From: Synechococcus sp. A15-24
Lineage (GTDB): Bacteria > Cyanobacteriota > Cyanobacteriia > PCC-6307 > Cyanobiaceae
Direction: 5' to 3'
Assembly (NCBI RefSeq): GCF_014280195.1
Contig: NZ_CP047960.1
Coordinates: forward strand, 210,001 to 242,000
DNA: 32,000 nucleotides
The position numbers and the translations under genes are program-made. Positions 8,712 to 17,995 of this stretch are shown piece after piece. The first letter of the stretch is position 1. Each line of letters begins with the position of its first letter. The notes under the pieces are model-generated. The model did no database searches and was not told where the DNA came from. It saw nothing but the letters and a program-made list of their open reading frames with translations.

Positions 8712-9448
8712 CGCGTCGACAACCGCTTGAGCAGCGCTTCGATCAGGCTCCAGGCCCGTTGGTCATAGACCTGCACGAAGTCGCTGAAGCTCTGAGCGGC
8801 TGCCTCATCGGCACCGTCGGAGATCACCCGCAGCACCAGCCAGGGCACCCCTTCCTGCTCCGCCACCTGAGCCACGGCACCCCCTTCCATTTCCACCGCC
8901 TGCAGATCCGGCAAGGCCGCTTTGAGCTCCTGCAGTACTGCGGCATCACCAATGAACTGATCACCAGTGGCAATCAGTCCCGGGCGTATGGCTCCAAAGC
9001 CCTTTAGCTCGCCGGTTTCCTGGGCAGCGTTCAGGGAGCGGCTGGCCCAGGCCAGCCAGTCCGGATCGGGCTGCAGACGATCGCGGTTCAGCGGCGGCAG
9101 GGTGAAGCGGGGAAACAGGGGGCTGGCATTCATGTCGTGCTGAATCACGGCATCCGCCAGCACCACGTCCCATTGCTGCAGTGCGGTTTCGGCTGCACCG
9201 GCCACCCCGGTGAAGAGCAGCAGATCCAGGTCTGGAGCCGCCGCCATCAGACGGGTTGCAGCCCTGGCTGCGCACACCTTCCCCCACCCACTCCAGGCCA
9301 GGGTGAGTCGGACCCCATCGCCCCAGACGCCCTGGTGCAGCGTTAGGTCGCCATGGTCAGTGCTGCTGAGCTGCCTGAGATGACTCAGATCCGAGCCGAT
9401 CTCCTCTGGCATGGCGCTAAGCAGGCCGATGTGCAGCGGGGGTGTCAT
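8708..9448 (-). CDS. mtnN: 5'-methylthioadenosine/S-adenosylhomocysteine nucleosidase family (PNP_UDP_1) protein
   Basis: IGLLSAMPEEIGS near the N-terminus and VEMEGGAVAQVAEQEGVPWLVLRVISDGADE match the MtnN/Pfs signatures. I prefer the start at ATG 9448 (MTPPLHIGLL); the track ORF extends upstream to 9568. Confidence 0.75.
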   Translation of the reverse strand: MTPPLHIGLLSAMPEEIGSDLSHLRQLSSTDHGDLTLHQGVWGDGVRLTLAWSGWGKVCAARAATRLMAAAPDLDLLLFTGVAGAAETALQQWDVVLADAVIQHDMNASPLFPRFTLPPLNRDRLQPDPDWLAWASRSLNAAQETGELKGFGAIRPGLIATGDQFIGDAAVLQELKAALPDLQAVEMEGGAVAQVAEQEGVPWLVLRVISDGADEAAAQSFSDFVQVYDQRAWSLIEALLKRLSTR

Positions 9449-9526
9449 GGCTTTGTGAACCTGGCGCAACCGTAACGGCGACATCGACTGTTTCTCTTCA
9501 ACATGCCTTGAGGGACTGGCAGTGCT

Positions 9527-9970
9527 TTGAACGCAGGCGAATCCGTGCGCAGTGTCGATCAGGCCCAAGCCCTGGCCTCGGTGATCACACTGGTGCGGCA
9601 GCGGTTTCCAGCGGCCAAGGCCAACCTCACGCCCTGGCGGGATGACCCGCAGACCCGGCAGTGGTCAGAACAGGACAGTCTCGACCTCTCCTTTCATTTC
9701 CCTGGTTGGAGTCCACGACTTCAATGCCGCAGCCTCTTGATTCAGCTGCGGTTCTGCGGCGAATCGGCCGAGGTTCAGCCTTCACTGTTGGGAGTGTTGA
9801 TGCGGGGCATGACCTACGACGGTGAACGCTGGCGGCTTGCCACCGTTGGGGAGTGGCTGCCAGAGGGCCCTCACCTGCCCCAACCGGATCAGGTGATCCA
9901 GCTGCAGATGATCTGCAGGGACCTGTTTGAGCTGTTCAGCGGTTCGACGGCCGCGGACGAGGCGGCGTAA
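9527..9970 (+). CDS. hypothetical protein
   Basis: This 147-aa ORF is divergent from mtnN and has no competing supported gene. I recognise no family. Confidence 0.45.
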   Translation: MNAGESVRSVDQAQALASVITLVRQRFPAAKANLTPWRDDPQTRQWSEQDSLDLSFHFPGWSPRLQCRSLLIQLRFCGESAEVQPSLLGVLMRGMTYDGERWRLATVGEWLPEGPHLPQPDQVIQLQMICRDLFELFSGSTAADEAA

Positions 9971-10045
9971 CCCTTCGCAACGGGTTAAGGCCGTTCTTCA
10001 AGTTCTCCTTATAAGGTTTTTTCATTGGTTGACTGATCTCTCAGC

Positions 10046-10759
10046 ATGTCTGTCGCTCTGGCTGCCCAGCTCCGGGAAGGCACCAAGAAATCCCACACGA
10101 TGGCCGAAAACACCGGCTTCGTTAGTTGCTTCCTAAAGGGAGTGGTGGACAAGGCCAGCTACCGCAAGCTGGTGGCTGATCTCTACTTCGTGTACACCGC
10201 AATGGAAGAGGAGATCTCAAAGCTGGGCGATCACCCCGTGGTCGGTCCGGTGGGCATGCAGGAGCTCAACCGACGTGAGGCCCTGGAGCAGGATCTCGTC
10301 TATTACTTCGGTGCTGGCTGGAAGGATCAGATTCAACCGTCTCCCTCAGCAGCGGCTTATGTGGAGCGGATCCATGCCGTGGCTCAGGAGTCACCGGAGT
10401 TGCTGGTGGGTCACCACTACACCCGCTACCTCGGCGACCTCTCCGGTGGCCAGATCCTCAAGAACATTGCCCAGAAGGCGATGAACATGGATGGAGATGA
10501 TGGCCTCCACTTCTATGTCTTCAACGACATCTCCGACGAGAAGGCTTTCAAGACCACCTATCGCTCCACGATGGATGAGCTGCCCATCGATCAGGCGATG
10601 GCCGATCGGATCGTGGAAGAAGCCAATCACGCCTTCCACCTGAACATGAACATGTTCAAGGAACTGGAGGGCAACCTGGTGGCTGCCATCGGCAAGGTGC
10701 TGTTCGGCTTCCTGACCCGTCGCCAGCGCGCCGGCAGCACGGAGGCTGCGGCAGCCTGA
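10046..10759 (+). CDS. ho1: heme oxygenase 1
   Basis: The N-terminus MSVALAAQLREGTKKSHTMAENTGFVSCFLKGVVDKASYRKLVADLYFVYTAMEEE is near-canonical cyanobacterial HO-1, including the proximal His in TKKSH. Confidence 0.95.
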   Translation: MSVALAAQLREGTKKSHTMAENTGFVSCFLKGVVDKASYRKLVADLYFVYTAMEEEISKLGDHPVVGPVGMQELNRREALEQDLVYYFGAGWKDQIQPSPSAAAYVERIHAVAQESPELLVGHHYTRYLGDLSGGQILKNIAQKAMNMDGDDGLHFYVFNDISDEKAFKTTYRSTMDELPIDQAMADRIVEEANHAFHLNMNMFKELEGNLVAAIGKVLFGFLTRRQRAGSTEAAAA

Positions 10760-10763
10760 TTCC

Positions 10764-11804
10764 GTGCCCACCACGCTCATTCGCATCCTCGTCCCCGGCA
10801 CCAGCAAACGGTTCCGTTGCGGTGGTCTGAGTGTGGAGCTGCAGACGGCTCGACTGTTGTCGAGCCTCTGTGCAACGGAGCTGGTGACCTACCGGGAGCG
10901 GCATCAGGATCATCCATGTCTGGATGATCTACTCACCGTTGAGCCTTCTCGGCCGGAGGTGCTCTGGATCGTCAGCTGGGGATTTGATGTTCCGGCATTG
11001 GTCCGTCGGTTACGGAGCCATCGCGTGGCTTATCACGCCCACAGCAGTGGGTATGGCTTCACGCTTCCCCCTGGGGTGCCGGTGCTGGCGGTGAGTCGGA
11101 ACACCCTGGGCTACTGGGGTGATCGTTGCCCCCGCAACCCTTTGTTGCTGGTGCCCAATGCCATCGAGCCCGGTTGGCTGGAACGAGGCGCCCGGGGTAG
11201 TGCGGAGCGCCGTCCAATCGATGTGTTGGTGCAGGCCCGCAAGAGCAGTCGGTACGTGTTGGATCAGCTGGTCCCTGCCTTGCGGCAGCAAGGGCTCAGG
11301 GTGGAGGTTCAAAGCGGCTGGGTCGATGACCTCGTTGATCTGTTCAACCGCTCCTGCGTTTATCTCTACGACTCAGCCGAGTACTGGCGTGGACGCGGCG
11401 TTACGGAGGGCTTTGGCTTACCACCGCTGGAGGCCATGGCCTGCGGTTGTGTGGTCTTCGGCAGCCTGAATCACGCTCTGGCCGACCACGGTGATCCTGG
11501 TCGGATGGTCCATCAGATCGGCTGCGGGCGCTTGCTCTTTGATGTGCGCCGGATCCAGCACGCCGTCCGCGATCCAGCTGGGTGGAGACCACCGGCAGCA
11601 GCTCTGAATGCTGTGCTGGAGGGGAGCTCAGAGGCGTCCCTGCTGCAGCGTTGGACGGTGGCGCTGGATCAGCTGGATGCCCTGGACCTGGCTGAAGGTC
11701 CGCTGCTCAGCAGCCCACCCACCTGGCAACTGAGGCTGCAGCAGCTCTGCCAACGGCTGCAGCGAGTGGTCGATCGGTTGCCCGGCTGGCCTTCCACCCG
11801 CTGA
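10764..11804 (+). CDS. GT-B fold glycosyltransferase (GT4-like)
   Basis: The C-terminal motif EGFGLPPLEAMACGCVVF is the GT4-type E-x7-E region. The GTG start lies 4 nt after the ho1 stop. Confidence 0.65.
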   Translation: MPTTLIRILVPGTSKRFRCGGLSVELQTARLLSSLCATELVTYRERHQDHPCLDDLLTVEPSRPEVLWIVSWGFDVPALVRRLRSHRVAYHAHSSGYGFTLPPGVPVLAVSRNTLGYWGDRCPRNPLLLVPNAIEPGWLERGARGSAERRPIDVLVQARKSSRYVLDQLVPALRQQGLRVEVQSGWVDDLVDLFNRSCVYLYDSAEYWRGRGVTEGFGLPPLEAMACGCVVFGSLNHALADHGDPGRMVHQIGCGRLLFDVRRIQHAVRDPAGWRPPAAALNAVLEGSSEASLLQRWTVALDQLDALDLAEGPLLSSPPTWQLRLQQLCQRLQRVVDRLPGWPSTR

Positions 11805-11871
11805 GGGCAGTGGTTCGCACGCCTTAACGTCCTCAAATGCAGGCTGGCGTTGCGTCTGCCCGATCGCTGCC

Positions 11872-13689
11872 ATGCCCTTGCGAAGCCAGACCTGGAGAGA
11901 TCTGCGGCGCCTGCTGAAGGAGTTGCCACCCAGCCGGCTTCGTTTTCTTGTGGTGGTGCTGGTGGCCTCTTTCCTGCAGGGCCTGATGGACATCCTGCTT
12001 GTGGGTCTGTTGGCGCGGCTGGTGGGCTTGATGGCCGGCGTGAAACTGGCGGATCAGATCCCCGGCATCCACGTCTTTGGTGGGGGCATGCTCGATCAGG
12101 CCGGCTGGTTGCTGGGGTTGTTGGTCGTGGCGTTCTGGCTCACCTCCGGCCTGCGCTTTGGTGTGGCATTTCTGCAGAGCATGCTCAGCGCCGAGATCTG
12201 GAATGACCTGGTCAATAAGGTCTACCGGAATCTGATGCTGCAGGACTATGAGTTCTTCACGCATCACCGCACCGCCAATCTTTCCGAGAGCTTCAACCGG
12301 ATCCTGAACAAGGTTTCCACGACCGTGGTCAGTCCAATGATCACGATTGCGGGCAATGCCCTTTCGGTGCTGGTGCTGCTGAGCGGTGTGGTGCTGGTTC
12401 TGGGCACCCCGGCTCTGCTGATGTTCGGTTTGATGCTTGGTTCCTATGCCTTGGCATCGAAGCTGATCATTCCCTATCTGCGCTTCGCCACCAAGCAGCG
12501 GGTGCGCTACTCCAGACGGATCCATTTGCTGCTGATGGAATCACTGCGATCGATGCGAGATGTGCAGCTCTATTCCGCCGAGCGATTCTTCATCAATCGC
12601 TTCGCCAGCGATGGCGTTGTGGCCAAGCGCTACGACCGGTTGACCAAATTGCTGCCGGATGTGCCTCGCTATGTGATCGAGCCAGCTGGAATCACGATTC
12701 TGTTTCTCGTGGGCCTCGGACCCTCCGTTCTCAGTGGGGATGCCGTCAGCGTGCGGGAGGCCATTCCCACCCTGGCAGCGGTGCTCGGTACCTTGCTGCG
12801 CATCTCCGGACCCCTGCAGAACACCTTCCGCAATATCAACAAACTTCGCGGCGGTTTGCCTGAAATTCAGGATGCACTGGAGTTGCTGGACCTTCGCCCC
12901 AAGCGCCTGAACACCAGCGCACCGGGGGTCCCCACGCCCAGTGGTGTGATGCCACGGCAGTTCATTCAGCTGCGTGATGTGAGCTTCAGCTACTCCGGCA
13001 GCGAGGAATCTGTGCTGTCGAACGTTGATCTCACCATTCCCGTTGGATCACGCATCGCCCTGGTCGGTCGCACGGGCAGCGGCAAAACCACCCTGGCCCA
13101 TCTGCTGCTTGGTCTGTTCCGCCCCAGCAGTGGTGATCTCACCCTGGACGGTCTTCCCCTGAATGAGGAAGAGTTGCCGGCCTGGCAGGGCAACTGCGCC
13201 CTGGTGCCCCAGGACATCCGACTGCTGGATGCCAGCATCCGCGACAACGTCGCCTTCGGCTGTGATCCGGAGGAGATTGAGGACGATCAGGTCTGGGCAG
13301 CACTGGAAGCAGCTCAATTCGAAGATGTCGTCAGCGCTATGCCGTATGGGCTTTTCACCATGATCGGTGAAAACGGGATCAAGCTGTCTGGCGGACAGCG
13401 TCAGCGGTTGTCTCTAGCCCGTGCCTTCTACCGCGATGCCAAGGTGCTGGTGCTGGATGAAGCCACCAGTGCTCTCGATAACAAGACCGAGCACGACGTA
13501 ATGCAGGCCCTGGATCTGGTGGGACGTCGCTGCACCACGATTGTGATCGCCCATCGCCTGTCCACCGTGCGCAAGTGCGATCGCATCTATGAGATCGAAG
13601 ACGGGCGGATCAAAGCGTCTGGTGATTTCGACACCCTCTGCGGCCTGTCGGACAGCTTCCGTGAGATGACCCGGTTCGAAACCGCCTGA
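11872..13689 (+). CDS. ABC exporter, fused TMD-NBD half transporter (MsbA/PglK/Wzk-like)
   Basis: An N-terminal domain of about 300 aa contains multiple TM helices. The NBD carries Walker A GRTGSGKTT, the signature LSGGQRQR, Walker B VLVLDEATSALD and the H-loop IAHRL. Confidence 0.9.
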   Translation: MPLRSQTWRDLRRLLKELPPSRLRFLVVVLVASFLQGLMDILLVGLLARLVGLMAGVKLADQIPGIHVFGGGMLDQAGWLLGLLVVAFWLTSGLRFGVAFLQSMLSAEIWNDLVNKVYRNLMLQDYEFFTHHRTANLSESFNRILNKVSTTVVSPMITIAGNALSVLVLLSGVVLVLGTPALLMFGLMLGSYALASKLIIPYLRFATKQRVRYSRRIHLLLMESLRSMRDVQLYSAERFFINRFASDGVVAKRYDRLTKLLPDVPRYVIEPAGITILFLVGLGPSVLSGDAVSVREAIPTLAAVLGTLLRISGPLQNTFRNINKLRGGLPEIQDALELLDLRPKRLNTSAPGVPTPSGVMPRQFIQLRDVSFSYSGSEESVLSNVDLTIPVGSRIALVGRTGSGKTTLAHLLLGLFRPSSGDLTLDGLPLNEEELPAWQGNCALVPQDIRLLDASIRDNVAFGCDPEEIEDDQVWAALEAAQFEDVVSAMPYGLFTMIGENGIKLSGGQRQRLSLARAFYRDAKVLVLDEATSALDNKTEHDVMQALDLVGRRCTTIVIAHRLSTVRKCDRIYEIEDGRIKASGDFDTLCGLSDSFREMTRFETA

Positions 13690-13696
13690 GCCGGTT

Positions 13697-15691
13697 ATGG
13701 CCGATGTCATCGTCCTGGCCACCGCCGACTGGGACCATCCCCTCTGGACCAACAAGCAGCACACCGCCGTCAGCCTTGCTGCCCTTGGCCACCGGGTTCT
13801 CTACGTGGAATCCCTGGGGCTGCGTCCACCGCGCAAGGGGGCCGCGGATCTGCCGCGGATGCTCAAGCGCCTGCGTCGGGTGTTGCGCTGGCCGCGGCGC
13901 GTGCAAAACGGTGTCTGGGTCTGGTCTCCTCTGGTGCTGCCTGGAGCCTCTCATCCCCTGGCGCAGCGGCTCAACCGATTGCTGGTGCGCAGAGGGCTTG
14001 ATCTCGCTCGGCGCTGGCTGAGGTTCCGTTCACCAATGCTGTGGACCTACAACCCGCTGACCCTTGAGGTCCTGTCGCTCTCGTCCTTTGCGGGTTCGAT
14101 TTATCACTGCGTCGATCGCATCCAGGCTCAGCCTGAAATGCCGGCGGACCGCATCGAACGGGCGGAACAGCAGCTCTGTCAGGCCGTCAATGTCGTGTTC
14201 ACGACGGCGCCGGAATTGCAGGCGTCTTTGGCACCGCTCAATCCCCACACCCATTTTTTTGGCAATGTGGCGGATTTCGACCACTTCGCCCGTGCATGGC
14301 GGGACCCGGGTCCTTGCCCTGACCCGCTGAAGAAATTGCCGTCACCCAGGCTGTTGTTCACCGGCGCCATCGATGCCTACAAGCTCGATCTGCCGTCGCT
14401 GACCCGACTGGCCCAGCGACGGCCCGACTGGACGTTTGTGCTCGTAGGGCCGGTGGGTGAGGCGGATCCCAGTACCGATGTGAGGGCCCTGCAGGCCTGC
14501 TCCAACATTCATCTGCCGGGCCCCCGCCCCTACGACGAGCTGCCGGATTGGTTGGCCCACAGCGACGTGGCGCTGCTGCCACTACGCCTCAATAGCTACA
14601 CCCGCAACATGTTCCCGATGAAATTTTTCGAGTACTTGGGGGCGGGGCGGCCCGTGGTGGCCACAGCGATTCCTTCATTGCAGTCCTTCGGGGAAGCTGC
14701 CCAGCTGGTGGAACCCTCCGAGGGAGCGTTTGAAACCGCCATCAGCCAGTGCCTGGAGGACCATGGTCCTTCCCTTGAAACACGCCTTTCCCTGGCGCAG
14801 CGTCACACCTATGTGTCCCGATCGCGCGGGATGGTTGCCGTGCTGGAGCAGCTGGGGTTGATCGATCAGCCCTGGTCTGGCGGATCTGCGTCGAGGAGCG
14901 TTCAAAAGATGCTGCAGCGCGGTGATGTGGATGCCGCCATCGGACTGATCCGCCTCCAGTGGCAACAGAACGCCGACGTGTCCGCCTTGCATCAGTTGCT
15001 GTTTCGTCGTGGTGCCCGGCCGCCCTCTGCTTCGCTGCAGGTCGCGTTGTTTGAGGCGCTGGCGAAGGACGCGTCCCTGCCGATGCCGGAGCGTTCCTAC
15101 AGCCAGATCGCTCTGACGTATCGCGTCCTCAAGGATCGTCGGGTCCACCTGTTGCAGTGCTGTCGGCTCGAGCTTGAGCCGTTGATCGCCCAGCTGGAGC
15201 AGGACCCTGGCACGTTGGTGTGTCAGCGCCCCAATCGACGTAACCGCGCCAAGTTGCTGATCTCTGCTTCGACGGCTCTCATGCTGGTTCTGGCCATGCA
15301 GGCAGATCGGAGTGCCCTGCTGCAGCTCAGCCAACGGATCGGCATTTGGTTGGATCGTCTCAACCTCGCAGCGATTCAGGCGGATGCTGCCTTCCGGATG
15401 ACCCGCAATCTCTGCCGCTGCCTGCTGGTGGAGGCGGTGGCGCAGCCAACCCAGCAGGCGCGGCTGCGACTGCAGCGTCTTATTGACTTCACCGGGCAGG
15501 AACGCTTTGTGGGTCATCCGGCGCAGGAGGATCACCGGGGCATCGCGAGCGCTTCCCTGGCCGATCTTGAGGAGGCATCGGCCGCTGGCTGCGATCGTCT
15601 CTGTGCCCTGATCAGTGATGAGCCACGGGATCTTGGTGTCACGGCTGCTGATCTGCTGACGCTGCTGCGGGACGATGGCCGTACCGCCTGA
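13697..15691 (+). CDS. GT-B glycosyltransferase (TuaH-like GT1/GT4) with an unrecognised C-terminal domain of about 265 aa
   Basis: The N-domain shows VIVLATADWDHPLWTNKQH, LLFTGAIDAYKLD and MFPMKFFEYLGAGRPVVA. The C-terminal part, from about aa 400, is a paralogue of the C-terminus of the 17992-19788 product. Confidence 0.8.
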   Translation: MADVIVLATADWDHPLWTNKQHTAVSLAALGHRVLYVESLGLRPPRKGAADLPRMLKRLRRVLRWPRRVQNGVWVWSPLVLPGASHPLAQRLNRLLVRRGLDLARRWLRFRSPMLWTYNPLTLEVLSLSSFAGSIYHCVDRIQAQPEMPADRIERAEQQLCQAVNVVFTTAPELQASLAPLNPHTHFFGNVADFDHFARAWRDPGPCPDPLKKLPSPRLLFTGAIDAYKLDLPSLTRLAQRRPDWTFVLVGPVGEADPSTDVRALQACSNIHLPGPRPYDELPDWLAHSDVALLPLRLNSYTRNMFPMKFFEYLGAGRPVVATAIPSLQSFGEAAQLVEPSEGAFETAISQCLEDHGPSLETRLSLAQRHTYVSRSRGMVAVLEQLGLIDQPWSGGSASRSVQKMLQRGDVDAAIGLIRLQWQQNADVSALHQLLFRRGARPPSASLQVALFEALAKDASLPMPERSYSQIALTYRVLKDRRVHLLQCCRLELEPLIAQLEQDPGTLVCQRPNRRNRAKLLISASTALMLVLAMQADRSALLQLSQRIGIWLDRLNLAAIQADAAFRMTRNLCRCLLVEAVAQPTQQARLRLQRLIDFTGQERFVGHPAQEDHRGIASASLADLEEASAAGCDRLCALISDEPRDLGVTAADLLTLLRDDGRTA

Positions 15692-15698
15692 ACCGTTG

Positions 15699-16850
15699 AT
15701 GCGCCGTGTCGTTCTCTACGTCGATTCCCTCAAGATCGGCGGAGCGGAGCGGGCCACCCTGACCTTTGCCCGCTGGCTGCGGCAGAACGGCTGGACGCCA
15801 ATCGTCTTGACACGCCAGTCATGCACCTTCGATTTCTATCCGATTCCCGCCGGGGTGGAGCGGGCGGTGGAGCCTCCCGATCCCCGGTGGCTGCGTCTGC
15901 TTGGCCGCTGGGGATTGCCCTGGCGGGTGCGTCGCTTGCGTCATTGGCTGCGCCAGCAGCAGGTGAGCCTGGCCATCGGCATGACCACCAAGCCGGCTGT
16001 GAAGTTGCTGTTGGCAGCCCATCCCCTGAGGATTCCATGTGCAGTGTCCGAGCGGAATTTCCCGCCGTTGAAACCGATGGCACTCCCCTGGGGGGTGCTG
16101 CGGCGGTTCAGTTACCGCTGGGCCTCGTTGCATATCGTGCAGACCCGGGCGACCGGAGAGTGGCTTAAGCAACAGTTGTCGGCAGAGCCGCAATTGCTGT
16201 TGCCCAACCCAGTGCAGTGGCCGCTGCCCCGGTTTGAACCCGAGCTTGATCCAGACCAGTGGCTGACTGAGGTTTGCGTCGCCTCGGACGCGCCGGTGTT
16301 GCTGGCAGCCGGCACCAAAGCCCACCAGAAGGGCTTCGATCTGCTGGTGCAGGCGTTTGCAGATCTGATTCCCCGTCATCCCAATCTTCAGCTCGTCATC
16401 CTTGGGCTGACCCAGGAGACTTATCACGACTCAGATCAGCAAAAGGCCCTGCGGCGACTGCTCAGGCGTGATCCCGAGGCACAGGCACAACTGCATTTCC
16501 CTGGTCGGGTGGGGAACATGGCGGATTGGTACCGACGCTGCACGTTGTTTGTGCTGCCCTCACGGTACGAAGGGTTCCCCAATGTGCTGCTGGAGGCGAT
16601 GGCAGAGGGCTGCTGTTGTCTGGCGGCCGACTGCCCCCATGGTCCTGCTGATCTGCTGCGCCACAACACTGATGGATTGCTGCTGCCGCGGCAGGCCACG
16701 GCGACACGCTGGTCTGAAGCCATCGATCGGCTGTTGCTGGATCCCAGTCAGCGTCAACGGCTCGAGGGGGAAGCGGCGACGGTGCGTGAGCGCTTTTCCG
16801 ACCGTGCCCTGGAAGCTCAGTTGATGCAGGCGCTGGGGCAGCTCGACTGA
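15699..16850 (+). CDS. glycosyltransferase family 4
   Basis: Motifs are MRRVVLYVDSLKIGGAER (N-terminal GT4 pattern) and LPSRYEGFPNVLLEAMAEGCCCLAAD. An alternative ATG at 15675 overlaps the upstream stop. The stop overlaps the next start as TGATG. Confidence 0.85.
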   Translation: MRRVVLYVDSLKIGGAERATLTFARWLRQNGWTPIVLTRQSCTFDFYPIPAGVERAVEPPDPRWLRLLGRWGLPWRVRRLRHWLRQQQVSLAIGMTTKPAVKLLLAAHPLRIPCAVSERNFPPLKPMALPWGVLRRFSYRWASLHIVQTRATGEWLKQQLSAEPQLLLPNPVQWPLPRFEPELDPDQWLTEVCVASDAPVLLAAGTKAHQKGFDLLVQAFADLIPRHPNLQLVILGLTQETYHDSDQQKALRRLLRRDPEAQAQLHFPGRVGNMADWYRRCTLFVLPSRYEGFPNVLLEAMAEGCCCLAADCPHGPADLLRHNTDGLLLPRQATATRWSEAIDRLLLDPSQRQRLEGEAATVRERFSDRALEAQLMQALGQLD

Positions 16851-17995
16851 TGCCTTTGCATGTTCTGCTGATGGCGCCTAGTCGGCGGGCTGCATCGGAG
16901 ACCTTCATCCGGGCCAATCTCCGCGGGTTGCCCTTCCGCAAAACCGCTGTTTTCGGGGATGAACGACCAATCGGCCGTCCTCTGGCTTTTGCCCATGGTC
17001 TGGCGGTGCTCCTCAGCAAGGCACTCACGGTGCTGGGTCTGCTGCGTCTGGCCTCTCTGCCGGCAGCCTGCACCACCTGGCTTCTGCTGCAGCGGCAACG
17101 CCCGGATGTGATGTTGGTGGATTTCGGTTTCCACGCCGTGCGGGTGATGGAGGCCGCTGCCTGGAGTGGGGTGCCGCTTGTGGTTCACTTCCGCGGCTCG
17201 GATGCCTCATCTGAATCGAAGTTTCAGCGGCTTCGCGATCGGTACCGGCGGCTGTTTCAACTCACCGATGGCGTGATCGTGAAGAGTCGGCCGATGCAGC
17301 AAGCACTGCAATCCCTAGGCGCTGAGTCGAAGTCGATGGTGATCAGTCCCTCGGGGGCGGATCCAGCCTTGTTCCATGGAGCGGATCCGGCCGCGGCACC
17401 CCCTCGCCTGTTGGCGGTGGGCCGTCTTGTGGCCAAGAAGGGACCGCTGCAGACCCTCCAGGCCTTCGCGCGCCTGGTGGCCAGACTCGACGAGCCGTTG
17501 CGCAGTCGAGCTGAGCTGCTGATCGTGGGCGAGGGCCCCCTGCAGGATCAGCTGCAGGAGTTCGTGGATGACCAACAGCTGTCTGGACAGGTGCAGCTGC
17601 GCGGACTTCGCTCGCCTCAGCAGATCGCTGATCTGATGCGATCAGCCCGTGGTTTTGTGCAGCATTCCGTGGTGGCGCCCGATGGCGACAGTGAGGGCAA
17701 CCCTGTTGCGGTGATGGAAGCGCAACTCTCTGGTCTTCCTGTGGTCGCCACACGCCATGCCGGGATCCCTGAAGTGGTGCTCGACGGCGACACCGGTTTG
17801 CTGGTGGAGGAAAAGGATGTGGAGGCCATGGCTCAGGCCATGGGCCGGCTTCTGCTGGAACCAGATCTCGCAGCGCGCCTTGGTGCAGCAGGACGGCGAC
17901 GGGTGGCCAATGGCTTCACCGTTCAGCACCATTGGTCCGCGGTGAGCGGTGTGTTGGAGCGGAGCGCTGCGGCCCGATCCCCCTGGACGCGATGA
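16850..17995 (+). CDS. glycosyltransferase family 4
   Basis: SEGNPVAVMEAQLSGLPVVATRHAGIPEVVLDGDTGLLVEE is the classical GT4 C-terminal motif. The stop overlaps the next ATG as ATGA at 17992-17995. Confidence 0.85.
   Translation: MPLHVLLMAPSRRAASETFIRANLRGLPFRKTAVFGDERPIGRPLAFAHGLAVLLSKALTVLGLLRLASLPAACTTWLLLQRQRPDVMLVDFGFHAVRVMEAAAWSGVPLVVHFRGSDASSESKFQRLRDRYRRLFQLTDGVIVKSRPMQQALQSLGAESKSMVISPSGADPALFHGADPAAAPPRLLAVGRLVAKKGPLQTLQAFARLVARLDEPLRSRAELLIVGEGPLQDQLQEFVDDQQLSGQVQLRGLRSPQQIADLMRSARGFVQHSVVAPDGDSEGNPVAVMEAQLSGLPVVATRHAGIPEVVLDGDTGLLVEEKDVEAMAQAMGRLLLEPDLAARLGAAGRRRVANGFTVQHHWSAVSGVLERSAAARSPWTR

Noticed and set aside
9971-10045. Stem AACCC...GGGTT just after the 9527-9970 ORF, and AT-rich TTATAAGG / TTGACT elements upstream of ho1, as a terminator and promoter.
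   Set aside because: The stem is 5 bp with no U-tract. The promoter-like hexamers have unsuitable spacing relative to each other and to the ATG. I cannot support either call from sequence alone.
14254-14260. T7 run inside the GT gene (CAT TTT TTT GGC, encoding HFFG).
   Set aside because: It is shorter than typical slippage-prone tracts and simply encodes Phe-Phe. I note it only for comparison with the G8 tract at 7311-7318.
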